NCBI GenBank assembly: GCA_001724265.1
Contig: MEDY01000012.1
Coordinates: 1 to 64,000, forward strand
DNA length: 64,000 bases
Direction of reading: 5' to 3'
From: Rhizaria sp. SCN 62-66
Lineage: Eukaryota
Shown: piece after piece, positions 34,380 to 44,846 of the stretch
Layout of the letters: each line of letters opens with the position of its first letter
Position numbering within the stretch: position 1 is the first letter of the stretch
Position numbers and translations under genes: made by a program
Notes under the pieces: generated by a model
Database searches by the model: none
What the model was told of the DNA's origin: nothing
Seen by the model: only the letters and a program-made list of their open reading frames with translations

Positions 34380-37300
34380 ATGAGTGCCCCATCGTGGCGC
34401 TCCATTGTGGGCAGCGGCGCTCCTCAAGCCGCGCCACCCGCCGCGCCCACATCCACACCTTCTGCAGCCTCGATCCTCGCTGCTTCTCTCGCTAAGCCTT
34501 CCTCCACCGCCGCCGCAGCGGCTCCCGCGCCACCTCGCGTGCGCCAGCTGCGTGCCCCTGACGGCGCCCGCCTGCCCTCGATGACCGTTCAGCAGCGCTT
34601 GCGCCACGACGCATATGCGCGCGCCAACCCTTCCGCCGTCACTGCCACCACCACCGCGACAGGTGCCGTCCCGCAAGCTGCCGCGCCGCAGCAGAGAGAG
34701 TCTGTCCCCGGCGGGGCTTTTGTTCCCCCGCACCGCCGCGGCTCGGGCTCTGCCTCCAACAGCGCCAGCGCCAGCGCCAGCTCTGCGTTTGCAGGCCCGC
34801 ACGCCGCTGCACTGGCCCCGTCCGCCCCCGCCTTTGCCTCGTCCGCTCTTTCCTCCGCGTTTCCGCTCTCAGGCGCGTACGGCCCCGCGAGCGCCGCCGC
34901 CGGCGTGGCGGGCCCGCTGGTGTCCCGGGCCGACCCCTGGACGGGGGACGCCTGGGCGCCGTCGGACTCCTGGGCCTCGCTGCTCAGGGACGTCGCCGCC
35001 GCCCGCGCCGCGCGCGCCGCGGCCGCCGCGCTTGACGCCGCAGTTGCGGACGCACTTGCACAGGCACAGCTCTCGCAACAACAGCAGCAACAGCAGCAGC
35101 AAGACGAGGCTGGGAGCATCCCGGCATCTCTCTTCGCAGTTCCTGGCTCTGATGCATATTTGAGCAATAATGCTGCTGCTTTTGGTGCAAGCGCGAATAC
35201 TACACCGGAGACGCAGATTTCTCAGGCGCGCACTGCTGCCGCAAGTTCTGATAATGTTGCTGAGACACAGCAGCAGCAGGAACAACAGAAGCAGCAGCAA
35301 CATCAGCAGCATCCGAGCGACGGCGACGACGACGGCTGGGTGACGACGCAGAGCAAGAGCGGAGGCGGCAAATCAAAGTCAGGCCGCGCTGTGATTCCGC
35401 CGTCACCTTCTGGCGGCAATCGCAAGCATAGTCAACACAGCAGCAACAACAGCTTGAGTAACGCCGGTCGCCGCGGCTCGCCCGCGACCGCGACGGCGAC
35501 CGCGGCTGCTGCAGCCAGCGCCACCGCGAAGCTTGTCGCCGCGCAGACCGTGGGCGCCGGCGTCGGCGCTGTCGTCGTCCCCGTTGTGGTCCCCGCGGTC
35601 GCCGCGGCCGCGACCGCCGCCGTCGCCTCTCTCGCTGCCCTGCGTCCCGTTGCTGTAGCGGCCGCGCAGGCCGCGCGCGCGGCACATGACGCTGCCACAA
35701 CGGGCGCGAGCGTGAGCGCGTTGAAGGATGCTGAGAATGACTCGTTCCAGGCGTTTTCTGAGCACTTGTCGCGTGCCGTACGCAGTGCGAATCGTGCGAC
35801 CGACGCGTTCGTGGATGCCTGCGAAAGTATCACGAGGGCCACAAGTACCAGCACCACCGCTAACAGCAGCGCGAGCACGAACGATACAAGTGCGAATGCG
35901 ACTGCCGGCGTGAACTCAAGCAATGGAGCTGATTCTGCCAGCGTGAACGTCGCTGTCGTGAGCGTCGACAAGTTGCCCGCTGCTGCGGAGTCTCAGTCCG
36001 ACATCGCTACTCCGACCCAGTCGCAGCCGCTGAGTCCGCCCCTGCCTCTCTCTGCAGTGCCCGCGCTGCTGGCCCACGCCGTCGCTGCCGCCACGCACGA
36101 CATCCTCTCTCTGCCTTCCCTCTCTGCCGCCGCCGCCGCCGCCATGGCGCAGCGCGCCCTGTGGTGCGACGACATGTGGCGTGCCGCGCTGCCCGCGCTC
36201 GCGCGACTTGCCGCGCGGCTCGGCGGCGAGGCTGCGGCGGCGGCCGCGGCGGCGGACGCCGCGGTCGCGGCGTCTTCGGCAGTCACGACCGTTGCAGTTG
36301 CCGCTGTAGCCCACCACAGCGCCGGCAGTGCGAACAGTAAGGCGAGCAGTGCCAAGACGGACGACGGCGCTGCGACAGTGAATCTGTCCATCTCGTCTGT
36401 TTTGGCCGCAAGTGGCAGTACTGCTGATGCGAGTCATAATTTCAACGAGAGTTTCTCTGCGGTAGCCGACGGCAGCTTTTGCTCTAATTCCAGCTCTAGC
36501 GCGAGTGCAAGCGCGGTGCCCGTGCCGCTGTTCGTGCTGCCGACCGCGCACAAGCGCATCACCGCGGCCGCGGGTGTTACACTGGCCTGGAAGCGACTCG
36601 TTTATTACAACGCCAACACGCGTTGCGACAGCAGCAAGCCTACTGCGACCGGGGGAGCTGACAGCGCTGCTTCGACCGACTCAGCCTCGTCGGCTATCGC
36701 TTTTGCGCTTCTCTGCGCCATGCTGCCGCCCGCCACTGTCGGCGCGGTCTCGCACTGGCGGCCCGTCGCGGCGTACCTCTGTGCCAAGGCGTCCGCCACC
36801 GCCGCCGACGTGCTCATTGCAGTCGCTGCGGCCATGGCCCTCGCGGAAGTCAAGCCCTGCGCGGAAGGGAAGTCATCGTGCAATATTGGCCTGCCCGATT
36901 GCCCCTGGGGCTGGCCTGCGTCCGAGGTGCTGTCCTCGTTTGTGACGGTGGTAGCGGCAGCGGCCGCGAACGTGCGGCTGCTGGGCGTTGCTCTCACGCC
37001 GCTCTCTCTCAGCTCTCACTCCAGCGCGGGGGTTGTTGCTCTCGTTTCGAACGGCGATGACTCCGTTATTGCCAAAGACTCCGTTTCCGTTGTTGCCTTA
37101 GCTTGTGACTCCGCTACCGCAGCGTTCTGCGCTCTTGCACGCACAGTCGCCGCTGTCACGACTACCACGACCAGCGTTAATGCTGGCGCGGCTGCAACTC
37201 CCGCGGCCGTGGCAGTGCCGACTGCACCCGAGGCCTGGCTGGCCCGCATGGCGTCTCTCCTTCTCACCGTTGTTGCCTCGCCGCACACCGCGGCCGTGCT

Positions 37301-40300
37301 CTCTCGGGCCGCAGCGGCGACCGCGGCCGCTGTCGCCGCGGCCGTGCAGGGCACCCAGGGCACCGGCGGCGCGGCGGGCGCCGGCGGCGGCAGCTCCGGC
37401 CTCCCGAAGACGCCGCTCCGCGCGCGCGCCGCGCCCCGGACGAACACGCCCGCCAGCACGAGTTCCCAATCCTCCTCGGCGTCTTCGTCATCGGCGGCGG
37501 CATCGTCGTCGCTTGTGGTGATCCTGCTGAGCAACGGCGCCCGCGCCGGCGCCGGCCGCGCGCCGCAGTTCCTGTCGCCGCCCGAGCGCGAGTATGTGCG
37601 CGTCCTGTTCCGCCTGCTCACGGTCACGCTCGCCGCGGCCGCCGAGGCCGCCGCGGCCGCGCCCATGCCGTTGCCCGCGGCCGCGCTGCAGCTGCAGCAG
37701 CAGTCTGCGCAGTACGCGCGCAACGGCAAGGGCGGCAGCGCGCCTGCATTCGCCGCCGTGAACGCGACGGCCGAGAACAGGCTTGCACGCACGCGCATCG
37801 CTGACGCTGCAAACTGCAACGCGGGTCCTGCTGTCCCTACCGCTGGGGTAGGAGGCGCCGGCGCTGGTGCAGTGGGTGGAATGCCTCAGTGGGTCGTGGG
37901 GCTGACTCGAGACTACGCTGCCGCGCTGCCGAAGCTCGCGCTCGCTGCCACAATCGTCTTCGGCCGGCCCTCTGTTCCCAACGCGGGCACTAGCTCAAGT
38001 AATCCCAGTGACGCTGCGAGCGGCAGTGCAGATGAGGCGCTTGAGCTGCCTCCGCTGCCGCTGCTAAGCGCCAGCGCGCTGCCCTGCGCGCTCGAACTCC
38101 TTGCTCTGCTGCGCGCGGGTGCGCCGTTCGCCGCAACGGCGCTGCTTGCACCTACTGCTGCTGCCGCTGCTGCTGCCTCCGCCTCTGGTGCGAGCGACAA
38201 TGTCACCGCGGGTGAGTGCCATGCGGCGACGGCGCGCGCAGTGGCTGCAGCGGGCGCGGCGGCCGCGAGCGTTGCGCTGACGCTTGTGCGGGCGCTGGCG
38301 CCGCTCTTGACCGCGGGCCTGGGTCTCGCTGTTCCTGTCACGGCCGACTGCAAGAGCGACAGTTCTGCTGGCTTCAAGGGGGCTGTGGGCGGCCGCGGCC
38401 TCGAGATTCGTCTGCCCTCTCTGCTGCGTCCTAATTGTCGCGCTAGCGCAAAGACGTGCAACAACGACGCAAATAGTACCATCAACACGACGACTACAAG
38501 TTCAAATAACTCCGTCGCTTTATCAAACAATCGTGCTACATCGACTACGACAAGTTTGGTTGCTGCTCCTAGCACCACCACCAGTAGCGCCGGCTCTCTC
38601 GCGGCGATGCGTCTCAAGTCTCTGCGGCAGCGCGCGCTGGCCTTGCTGCTCGCTCTTGCGGCGCCGCTGCCGCTGCCGCCCGCGCCGCTGCCCGCCGCCG
38701 CCGCGGGCGCGGGCTCTGGCTCTGCAACTGGGGCCGCTGCAGCTGCCGCCAACGCCTCGGCCATTGTGGCGGCATCTGGCGCGCCTGCTCCGTTCTTCCC
38801 CACTGTCGCACCGACAACCTACACTAGCGTTGCCGGTGCGAATGCCAATGCGAGTGCCTTTGGCCGTGACCGCGCAAAGACCAGCAGCAGTAGCGCGCCG
38901 GAGCAACTGTCTGGCGGGCTATGGTGGATGTCTTTGCTTGATGCCAGCTTGGCCACAGCAACACAGTCACCGTCACAAACTGTTTCGTTGGCGCTCCTCT
39001 CCGCCCCATCCCGTGCTGGTGTGGCTGCCGCAGTGTCGTCGGCGCTGCTGGGCGTCGTGGCCCCCGTGTACAGCCTCTGGACGCCGCTGCTTGCCGGCTG
39101 CGGTGACGCCGCGCAAAATAAAAATATCATCAACGCTGGCGCGAGCCTGAACCCGAGTGCGAGTGGTAGTGTGAGCTCGACGGGCGCAGTGTCTCTGGGC
39201 CCAGTGCGCTACGGCCGCGGTCCGCAGCTCGCAGCCGAGTTCACCGCCGGCCGCTGGGGCCGCTTCACGCCGGCGGCCCACCGCTCAGTCTCTGCTGTGA
39301 CCGGCTCTTTCTTCTTCCCCGCTGGCTCGCTGCTCACCGTCGCCGCGCTGGAGCCGCTGGGCTGGTCGCAGGCCGCGGCTGCCGCGCTCGTCGGCGCGCT
39401 CATCGCGGGGCCCGCTGCGGGCGCAAACGTCACTACTGGGAACGCTTACCCAGCTAAGGGTGGCGGCTCGACGTCCGCGGCCGCAGGGGACGAGCTGCGA
39501 GTGCTTTTCCCGATCTCGCCCGCAACCGTGCAACAGGCTGCAATCGGCACGAACTCCGCGCTATCAGCTCTCTCGACGTCTGGGTCCGTGTCTTCCTCCG
39601 CGTCCGCAGCTGCGACGTCCTGCCTCGCTGACGCCGTCGCCGCCGCCGCGGGCGCGGGTGCGGCGCCCGCTGCGCCCGCTGCCGTTGCCGCTGCCGTCGG
39701 CGCCGTGACCGCGACGGCCACCGCGCTTTCGCTCTCGCTGCTGCTCCGTTCGCGCTCCACTGCTGCTGCTCCTGTTGCTGCTCCTGTTGCTGGCGGTGCT
39801 TCTGTGGCCACTGCGAATACCGGGGCAGCACAGGCAGTCAGCGCGAGCCACTTGGCGTCGTTCGACTGGGTGACCGTGAGCGCGCTCTCGCGCCCGCTCG
39901 GCGCGCTGCTTGCAGTCGTCAACGCCGCCGTGCAGCGCGCAGCGCGCCGCGACCGCGCCCGCGCGCGCGACGCTCTCGCCTCGACTGGGACTGCAACCTT
40001 ACAGTCACAGCCTGCGCCGACTGCAGCCAATGAGGCTGCCGCGGCGCGCCCCGTGGCGTCGCCGTTTGCGCCTGCGCTCGCAGCTCTTTGGACGGCGCTT
40101 GCTGCGCGCGCCCTCTCCGCGCGCGCCGCGACGCACTCCGCACTCGCTGCCATGGGCAACTCCGACGCCAGTACTGGCGACAGCGTCGGTGCTGCAGCGG
40201 GCTCTATCGCGATGGGCGCGGACGCGCTGCTGTGTTCCCATGCGTTTGTCGCTGCAGTGGCCGAGGTCGTGGCGCCCGCCGCGGTTGCGGCGGTCGCAGC

Positions 40301-43300
40301 CCCGTTCGCTCAGGTTCCAACCGCCGCAGCCGCCGCGGCCGCTGCAGCCGCGGCCGCGTCGATCACGGCGGGCACTGGCGGTGGCGCGACTACCGCGATT
40401 GCGGCGAGGGCGTTGGTGATGGCCTGCGTTACTGGTTCTGACAATCCATCTTTCACAGTAACATCGCCTGTGGACTGCGTGGATGTGTTGAACAATGTGC
40501 TGATGCCTGTGCCGGCGGCGATCGCAGAGTGCTATGGCCCTATCGGCAGTGACATTCAGAGCGAGGATGTTCCTGCGACTGCAAGTGCTGGTGATGGGGA
40601 CGCCGTTGGTTTCCCTATTTTCTCTGTCCTGTCTGAGCTAATGTATTTGCCATCTTCGATAAACACCAACGTCGGCGCTGCTGGTGCCGATGCATCCACT
40701 GCTATGCCGTCCCCGCTTGTCGCCTCGGTGCTCACGGTGACGACAGCGTTGACTACTGCAGCCATTACGAACGCAACCGCAACCGCAACGATCTCCACTC
40801 CCACAACCCCAACAGTCTCCTCAACTACGACTACAGTGTTCAGCAGGAACAGGACCAATAGCGCTGTCACCGCCACTGCAACTGCCGCCAAGTGCAAGGC
40901 GTCCGGCCGCGTGCTGCTGCGTTTGCTTGCCGCGTTGTCGGCCCGCGTGTTCCCGCTGGTCACGGCCGCCGCGCTGGCCGCCGCAGTGGCGCACGGCTCC
41001 GCAGGCACGTACCCCGCCGCGCTTTCGCTCCTCCCCACCGCTACTTCTGCTGCCGGGATGTGCGACGGAGCTGGTAAGTCCGGCGCCACCGCCGGCGTGC
41101 GCGTGCCGCTGACCGTGCTGCCGTGCCCTCTGTTCTCGCCCACGTCCTCGATCCCCGCGCTCGCGGCGCTCGTGGCCGCGATGCTCTCGCACTCTAACAG
41201 CGCTGCTGCGGTGACGCCGGTCCCGGGGTCGACGGCAATGGCCGCAGCTGCTTCCACTGCTGCATCCGCAACTGTTGTTGCGTCGAGCAGTAGTGCTGCG
41301 GTTTGCACGCCAGTCGCGAAGCAAGTGCTGTTGTTCCACCTCCGCACGCCTACTGTTGTCCGCAGCAATGCGAACACATACGGCAGCGCTGCCAGCGGCG
41401 CCGGCGCGCTCTCGAGCGGCGGCAGCGGCGCCAAGTCCGCTCCCCTGGGCGCTGCTCTTGGCCTCGGCGGACTGGGGCTGGGCGAGCTCGACGCTGTGGA
41501 CGAGGACGCCATCGACACCGGACTCGGCATCGCGCTGGGCCATGTTCAGCGCACTCGCTCACAGACGCAGTTGCAGTCTGGGGCTGGGGAGGGCGTGGCC
41601 GCGTCGGTCGCGGTCGCGGCGGCGGGTATGATTCTCTCCGGTCCGGCTTCGTCGTTCCCTGCAACCGCGCTCCTCTCGACGCCGAGTACCGACGCCACGT
41701 CGCCCTCCACTGCCGCCGCTGCGGCTGCGGCTGCGGCTGCGCGTGCGCCGATCTCCGCCCTGGCGCTGCTGCGGAGCTACCACACTCTGCTCGCGCCGCC
41801 GCGCCCGCGCCCGCTGCCGGTGCAAACGCTGCCCGCGCTCCCGGCGCTGCGGCTGCTGCTCGAGCTCGCGGCCGGGACCGATAAGATCGTGTCAACAGCA
41901 TCTGATATCACACCCTGTGAGTCGGCGATAGCGAGCGCAATCTCGAAGGACGTGCGCGCGGCCGCTGTCTCCGCCGCGGGCGCAGTGACTGCCGCAGTGG
42001 CCGCGACCCGCGGGACCGGGCTGGCCGCGCGCGCTCGCTCTCAGACCGACGCTGCTGGCTCTCACTCGAGCGCCGCTGCGAGTTTGGCTGCGAGTGCGAG
42101 CGCGTTCTGGACCGTGAACAGCGCTGTGTGGTCCGGCTCGCTGACCGCGCCCGTGGACGCCTACGTCGCGCACGCCTCCGCCACTGCGCGCGCCCAGGCC
42201 TACCTCCGCGCGCGTCTGCTGCCCGTCGCGTCCGCGCAACCGCAGTCGCAGGCTCCAGCTGCAGGCGCTGCGAGCGCTGCGGCGGTGGGCGTGCTCGACA
42301 GCTGTCTGTCGCTGCCGCTGCCCGCGTCGCGCACAGTGCACGCGGCCACTGCGCTGCTCGTGCTTGCGCTAGAGTCGCTTGCGTCGACCGCTGCTGTTGC
42401 GGCCAGCGCGAGTGCCGCTGAGGGCGACAGCGTTGCGGTTGCGGGAGCTGTTGACGCACATACGGACGCGCTTGTGACGGCGACTCGCGCAGCAGTAGCG
42501 CTGCTTTATAGCAAAGACGCTGGGACAGCCGCGCCTGACGCGCTGACTGCCTCCGCAGCCGCGGTGCGCGCGCTGGCCGCCGTGATCGCGTCATTGACCG
42601 CGCTTTACAACAGTGTGTTTACCACAGGCAACACTGCGGTCGATGCAACTGTCGCTGCTGCCGTCGCCAAGTGTGTTGGGCTTGTGTGCTCTGCACTCGC
42701 AATCACAAACACCAACAGTAGCAAGGCCACTGGCTCGGCAGTCGCTGCCACACCTGCTGTCGCAAGCGCTGTAACTGCGGCGTCTGTGCGCGCCACGGTC
42801 GTGGCTGCCGCGGCGGGCGGGCTCTGGCACGCGGTCGCTGCGGCGACGACGGCGCTCTACCCGCTGGTCACAGCTGCTGCTTCCGCGAACGCCGGTAGCG
42901 ACGGGGTCGTTGTTGACGCGCCTGCGCTGCAGCCGGAGCTGGTGCCCGTCGACCCCGCGACCGCCGCGACTGCGGCTGCAGCTTCAGCTGCGGGAGCGAC
43001 GACGGGCGGCGAAGCGGCTGCGGCGCGCGAAGGCGGCGTTGTATTTGCCAACGAGCTTAGTATGGCTCTGACGACACTGCTCTCGCTCAAGCTTAACCTT
43101 GGGTCCACTTTGACTGTGCCGATGGCGGCGCTCTTGCCGCTGCGACTGCGGCTGGCGTGGGCGCGTCTGTGTCTTGCGGCCGCCACCAACGGCGCAGACC
43201 GACTCGCGCTCGGGTACCTCCGTCCCGTGCCGCTGTTGCTCCCCGGTGGCCGCAGTGGCGGGGCTGAGGCTGTGAGCGCAGAGGAGCGTGCGAGCGCCGA

Positions 43301-44111
43301 AGCAGCGTGCGAGGCGCTACAGTCACGGCTTGCAGTGCCACCGACTGTGGCCGCTCTAGCCTCGCTGCCGATTAGCAACGGCGGGAGCGGTGCAGCACAA
43401 CAGCAACAGAAGCAGCAGAAGCAGCAGAAGCAGTTTGCGACGACGGAGGCTACAGCATGGCCAGCCGTGGTGACTGTGCTGAGCCGTGCCATCTCAACTG
43501 CAACAGTTCCCGCCGGCGTCGCCGCCCACGTCAGCACGGCTGCTGCTGGCGGCGCAAGTGCGAGTGTACCTGCGGGCGTGCGCTGGACGCGGCTTACAAA
43601 GATGCTGTGGACATTGTGCTACAGTCTCGCTGCGGTTGCTGACGCTGCCCCTTCTCTTGACGGGACTGCTGCAGCGAGTGACGCGACGACGGGCGCGCTG
43701 ATCGCGGCGGCCAAGGCTTTGCTGCCTCACATCACTGCGACTGTTGTGCCTGCCACTGGGGTGAATACTGCTGCCGCAGGTGGAAACGCTGCGGTGCGGA
43801 GTGCTACTGCCCCCGTGATTCAGTACAAGGTGCGTGTATCTGCCCTGACAGCACTAGCTGCTATTGGCCGCGCACTCGCGCCCGCTGTTCGTCCTGCGAA
43901 GGCCGCCGTGAGCCACTCGGTTGCTGAGATTGCGGCGCACGCACGCGCTGCGTTTGTGGTCTCATCGTCGGAGCTTGACGCGGTCATCGCTGCATGCGAT
44001 GTGACTAATAACGCCAACAGTAGTGTAAAGGGTGACGAAGCGCAGTATCAAGCCTCAGTCCGTGCGCAGTTGACTGCAGCAGTCGAAGCTTGGACCTGGA
44101 GCACAACTTAA
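34380..44111 (+). CDS. Giant (3243 aa) HEAT-repeat protein, HEATR6/DUF4042-like, with extensive Ala/Ser/Thr insertions
   Basis: Single uninterrupted ORF, stop TAA. The motifs LKSLRQRALALLLAL, SLLTVAALEP...AAAAALVGALI, KMLWTLCYSL and YKVRVSALTAL resemble conserved HEATR6 blocks, in the expected order. Confidence 0.55.
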   Translation: MSAPSWRSIVGSGAPQAAPPAAPTSTPSAASILAASLAKPSSTAAAAAPAPPRVRQLRAPDGARLPSMTVQQRLRHDAYARANPSAVTATTTATGAVPQAAAPQQRESVPGGAFVPPHRRGSGSASNSASASASSAFAGPHAAALAPSAPAFASSALSSAFPLSGAYGPASAAAGVAGPLVSRADPWTGDAWAPSDSWASLLRDVAAARAARAAAAALDAAVADALAQAQLSQQQQQQQQQDEAGSIPASLFAVPGSDAYLSNNAAAFGASANTTPETQISQARTAAASSDNVAETQQQQEQQKQQQHQQHPSDGDDDGWVTTQSKSGGGKSKSGRAVIPPSPSGGNRKHSQHSSNNSLSNAGRRGSPATATATAAAAASATAKLVAAQTVGAGVGAVVVPVVVPAVAAAATAAVASLAALRPVAVAAAQAARAAHDAATTGASVSALKDAENDSFQAFSEHLSRAVRSANRATDAFVDACESITRATSTSTTANSSASTNDTSANATAGVNSSNGADSASVNVAVVSVDKLPAAAESQSDIATPTQSQPLSPPLPLSAVPALLAHAVAAATHDILSLPSLSAAAAAAMAQRALWCDDMWRAALPALARLAARLGGEAAAAAAAADAAVAASSAVTTVAVAAVAHHSAGSANSKASSAKTDDGAATVNLSISSVLAASGSTADASHNFNESFSAVADGSFCSNSSSSASASAVPVPLFVLPTAHKRITAAAGVTLAWKRLVYYNANTRCDSSKPTATGGADSAASTDSASSAIAFALLCAMLPPATVGAVSHWRPVAAYLCAKASATAADVLIAVAAAMALAEVKPCAEGKSSCNIGLPDCPWGWPASEVLSSFVTVVAAAAANVRLLGVALTPLSLSSHSSAGVVALVSNGDDSVIAKDSVSVVALACDSATAAFCALARTVAAVTTTTTSVNAGAAATPAAVAVPTAPEAWLARMASLLLTVVASPHTAAVLSRAAAATAAAVAAAVQGTQGTGGAAGAGGGSSGLPKTPLRARAAPRTNTPASTSSQSSSASSSSAAASSSLVVILLSNGARAGAGRAPQFLSPPEREYVRVLFRLLTVTLAAAAEAAAAAPMPLPAAALQLQQQSAQYARNGKGGSAPAFAAVNATAENRLARTRIADAANCNAGPAVPTAGVGGAGAGAVGGMPQWVVGLTRDYAAALPKLALAATIVFGRPSVPNAGTSSSNPSDAASGSADEALELPPLPLLSASALPCALELLALLRAGAPFAATALLAPTAAAAAAASASGASDNVTAGECHAATARAVAAAGAAAASVALTLVRALAPLLTAGLGLAVPVTADCKSDSSAGFKGAVGGRGLEIRLPSLLRPNCRASAKTCNNDANSTINTTTTSSNNSVALSNNRATSTTTSLVAAPSTTTSSAGSLAAMRLKSLRQRALALLLALAAPLPLPPAPLPAAAAGAGSGSATGAAAAAANASAIVAASGAPAPFFPTVAPTTYTSVAGANANASAFGRDRAKTSSSSAPEQLSGGLWWMSLLDASLATATQSPSQTVSLALLSAPSRAGVAAAVSSALLGVVAPVYSLWTPLLAGCGDAAQNKNIINAGASLNPSASGSVSSTGAVSLGPVRYGRGPQLAAEFTAGRWGRFTPAAHRSVSAVTGSFFFPAGSLLTVAALEPLGWSQAAAAALVGALIAGPAAGANVTTGNAYPAKGGGSTSAAAGDELRVLFPISPATVQQAAIGTNSALSALSTSGSVSSSASAAATSCLADAVAAAAGAGAAPAAPAAVAAAVGAVTATATALSLSLLLRSRSTAAAPVAAPVAGGASVATANTGAAQAVSASHLASFDWVTVSALSRPLGALLAVVNAAVQRAARRDRARARDALASTGTATLQSQPAPTAANEAAAARPVASPFAPALAALWTALAARALSARAATHSALAAMGNSDASTGDSVGAAAGSIAMGADALLCSHAFVAAVAEVVAPAAVAAVAAPFAQVPTAAAAAAAAAAAASITAGTGGGATTAIAARALVMACVTGSDNPSFTVTSPVDCVDVLNNVLMPVPAAIAECYGPIGSDIQSEDVPATASAGDGDAVGFPIFSVLSELMYLPSSINTNVGAAGADASTAMPSPLVASVLTVTTALTTAAITNATATATISTPTTPTVSSTTTTVFSRNRTNSAVTATATAAKCKASGRVLLRLLAALSARVFPLVTAAALAAAVAHGSAGTYPAALSLLPTATSAAGMCDGAGKSGATAGVRVPLTVLPCPLFSPTSSIPALAALVAAMLSHSNSAAAVTPVPGSTAMAAAASTAASATVVASSSSAAVCTPVAKQVLLFHLRTPTVVRSNANTYGSAASGAGALSSGGSGAKSAPLGAALGLGGLGLGELDAVDEDAIDTGLGIALGHVQRTRSQTQLQSGAGEGVAASVAVAAAGMILSGPASSFPATALLSTPSTDATSPSTAAAAAAAAAARAPISALALLRSYHTLLAPPRPRPLPVQTLPALPALRLLLELAAGTDKIVSTASDITPCESAIASAISKDVRAAAVSAAGAVTAAVAATRGTGLAARARSQTDAAGSHSSAAASLAASASAFWTVNSAVWSGSLTAPVDAYVAHASATARAQAYLRARLLPVASAQPQSQAPAAGAASAAAVGVLDSCLSLPLPASRTVHAATALLVLALESLASTAAVAASASAAEGDSVAVAGAVDAHTDALVTATRAAVALLYSKDAGTAAPDALTASAAAVRALAAVIASLTALYNSVFTTGNTAVDATVAAAVAKCVGLVCSALAITNTNSSKATGSAVAATPAVASAVTAASVRATVVAAAAGGLWHAVAAATTALYPLVTAAASANAGSDGVVVDAPALQPELVPVDPATAATAAAASAAGATTGGEAAAAREGGVVFANELSMALTTLLSLKLNLGSTLTVPMAALLPLRLRLAWARLCLAAATNGADRLALGYLRPVPLLLPGGRSGGAEAVSAEERASAEAACEALQSRLAVPPTVAALASLPISNGGSGAAQQQQKQQKQQKQFATTEATAWPAVVTVLSRAISTATVPAGVAAHVSTAAAGGASASVPAGVRWTRLTKMLWTLCYSLAAVADAAPSLDGTAAASDATTGALIAAAKALLPHITATVVPATGVNTAAAGGNAAVRSATAPVIQYKVRVSALTALAAIGRALAPAVRPAKAAVSHSVAEIAAHARAAFVVSSSELDAVIAACDVTNNANSSVKGDEAQYQASVRAQLTAAVEAWTWSTT

Positions 44112-44846
44112 ACATTTGATATCGTTATAATTATCTAGTTTCAAACGCTTACGCAAAACATTATACATTCCTGCTTCATGCGATTATTCTGTGCTGGTTG
44201 ACAAAGGTTACTAGAGGAGCAAATATTGTTCATGGTATTTGGAGGGCAATTTAAGATTGAGCTCTGAAAATATTGTGGTTTTATGCTGTTCAGCAAATCC
44301 TATTGTGTTTTCTTTTGTATTCGTGTGCTGAAGGAGGAGCAAGACTTGACCACAACGGCGGGGATTGCTGAGCACACGAACAAGACAACGGTGCAAATGT
44401 GAAGGAGACCAGCATTGCAGCGTCGGGTGTTGAGCATCGGGATATGATGTGAAGAAAGAACAAGCGTTATATCTTATTTAGAATGCATGGCCGCGGTATT
44501 GCGCGGTGCTTGTGTGCCTTGAGCAAGATTGACAAGGAGTTGCCTGCACTGTGGGCCCGCCGCGAGACACGCATGTCTGGTCTCAGGCGCTGAACGCAAT
44601 GCGCGCGCGCTTGCCAGCGTTGATAGTGAGTGCAGATAGTTAAGGAACTACCATTTGTATTTGAGACAACATGTCGTTTTCATGAAATAAAATAGATTAA
44701 TAAACTGAAACATGAATGTCAGAGGCCATGCAGCAGCAGAGACAAGTCAGCGCAAAGAACTTGCAAGGCATTGCAGAGAGCAAAATCATTGTGGAGATAA
44801 AAACTGTGTAACAAACGCACTGTTGCGCAGCGTGCCCCCGGCTGGC

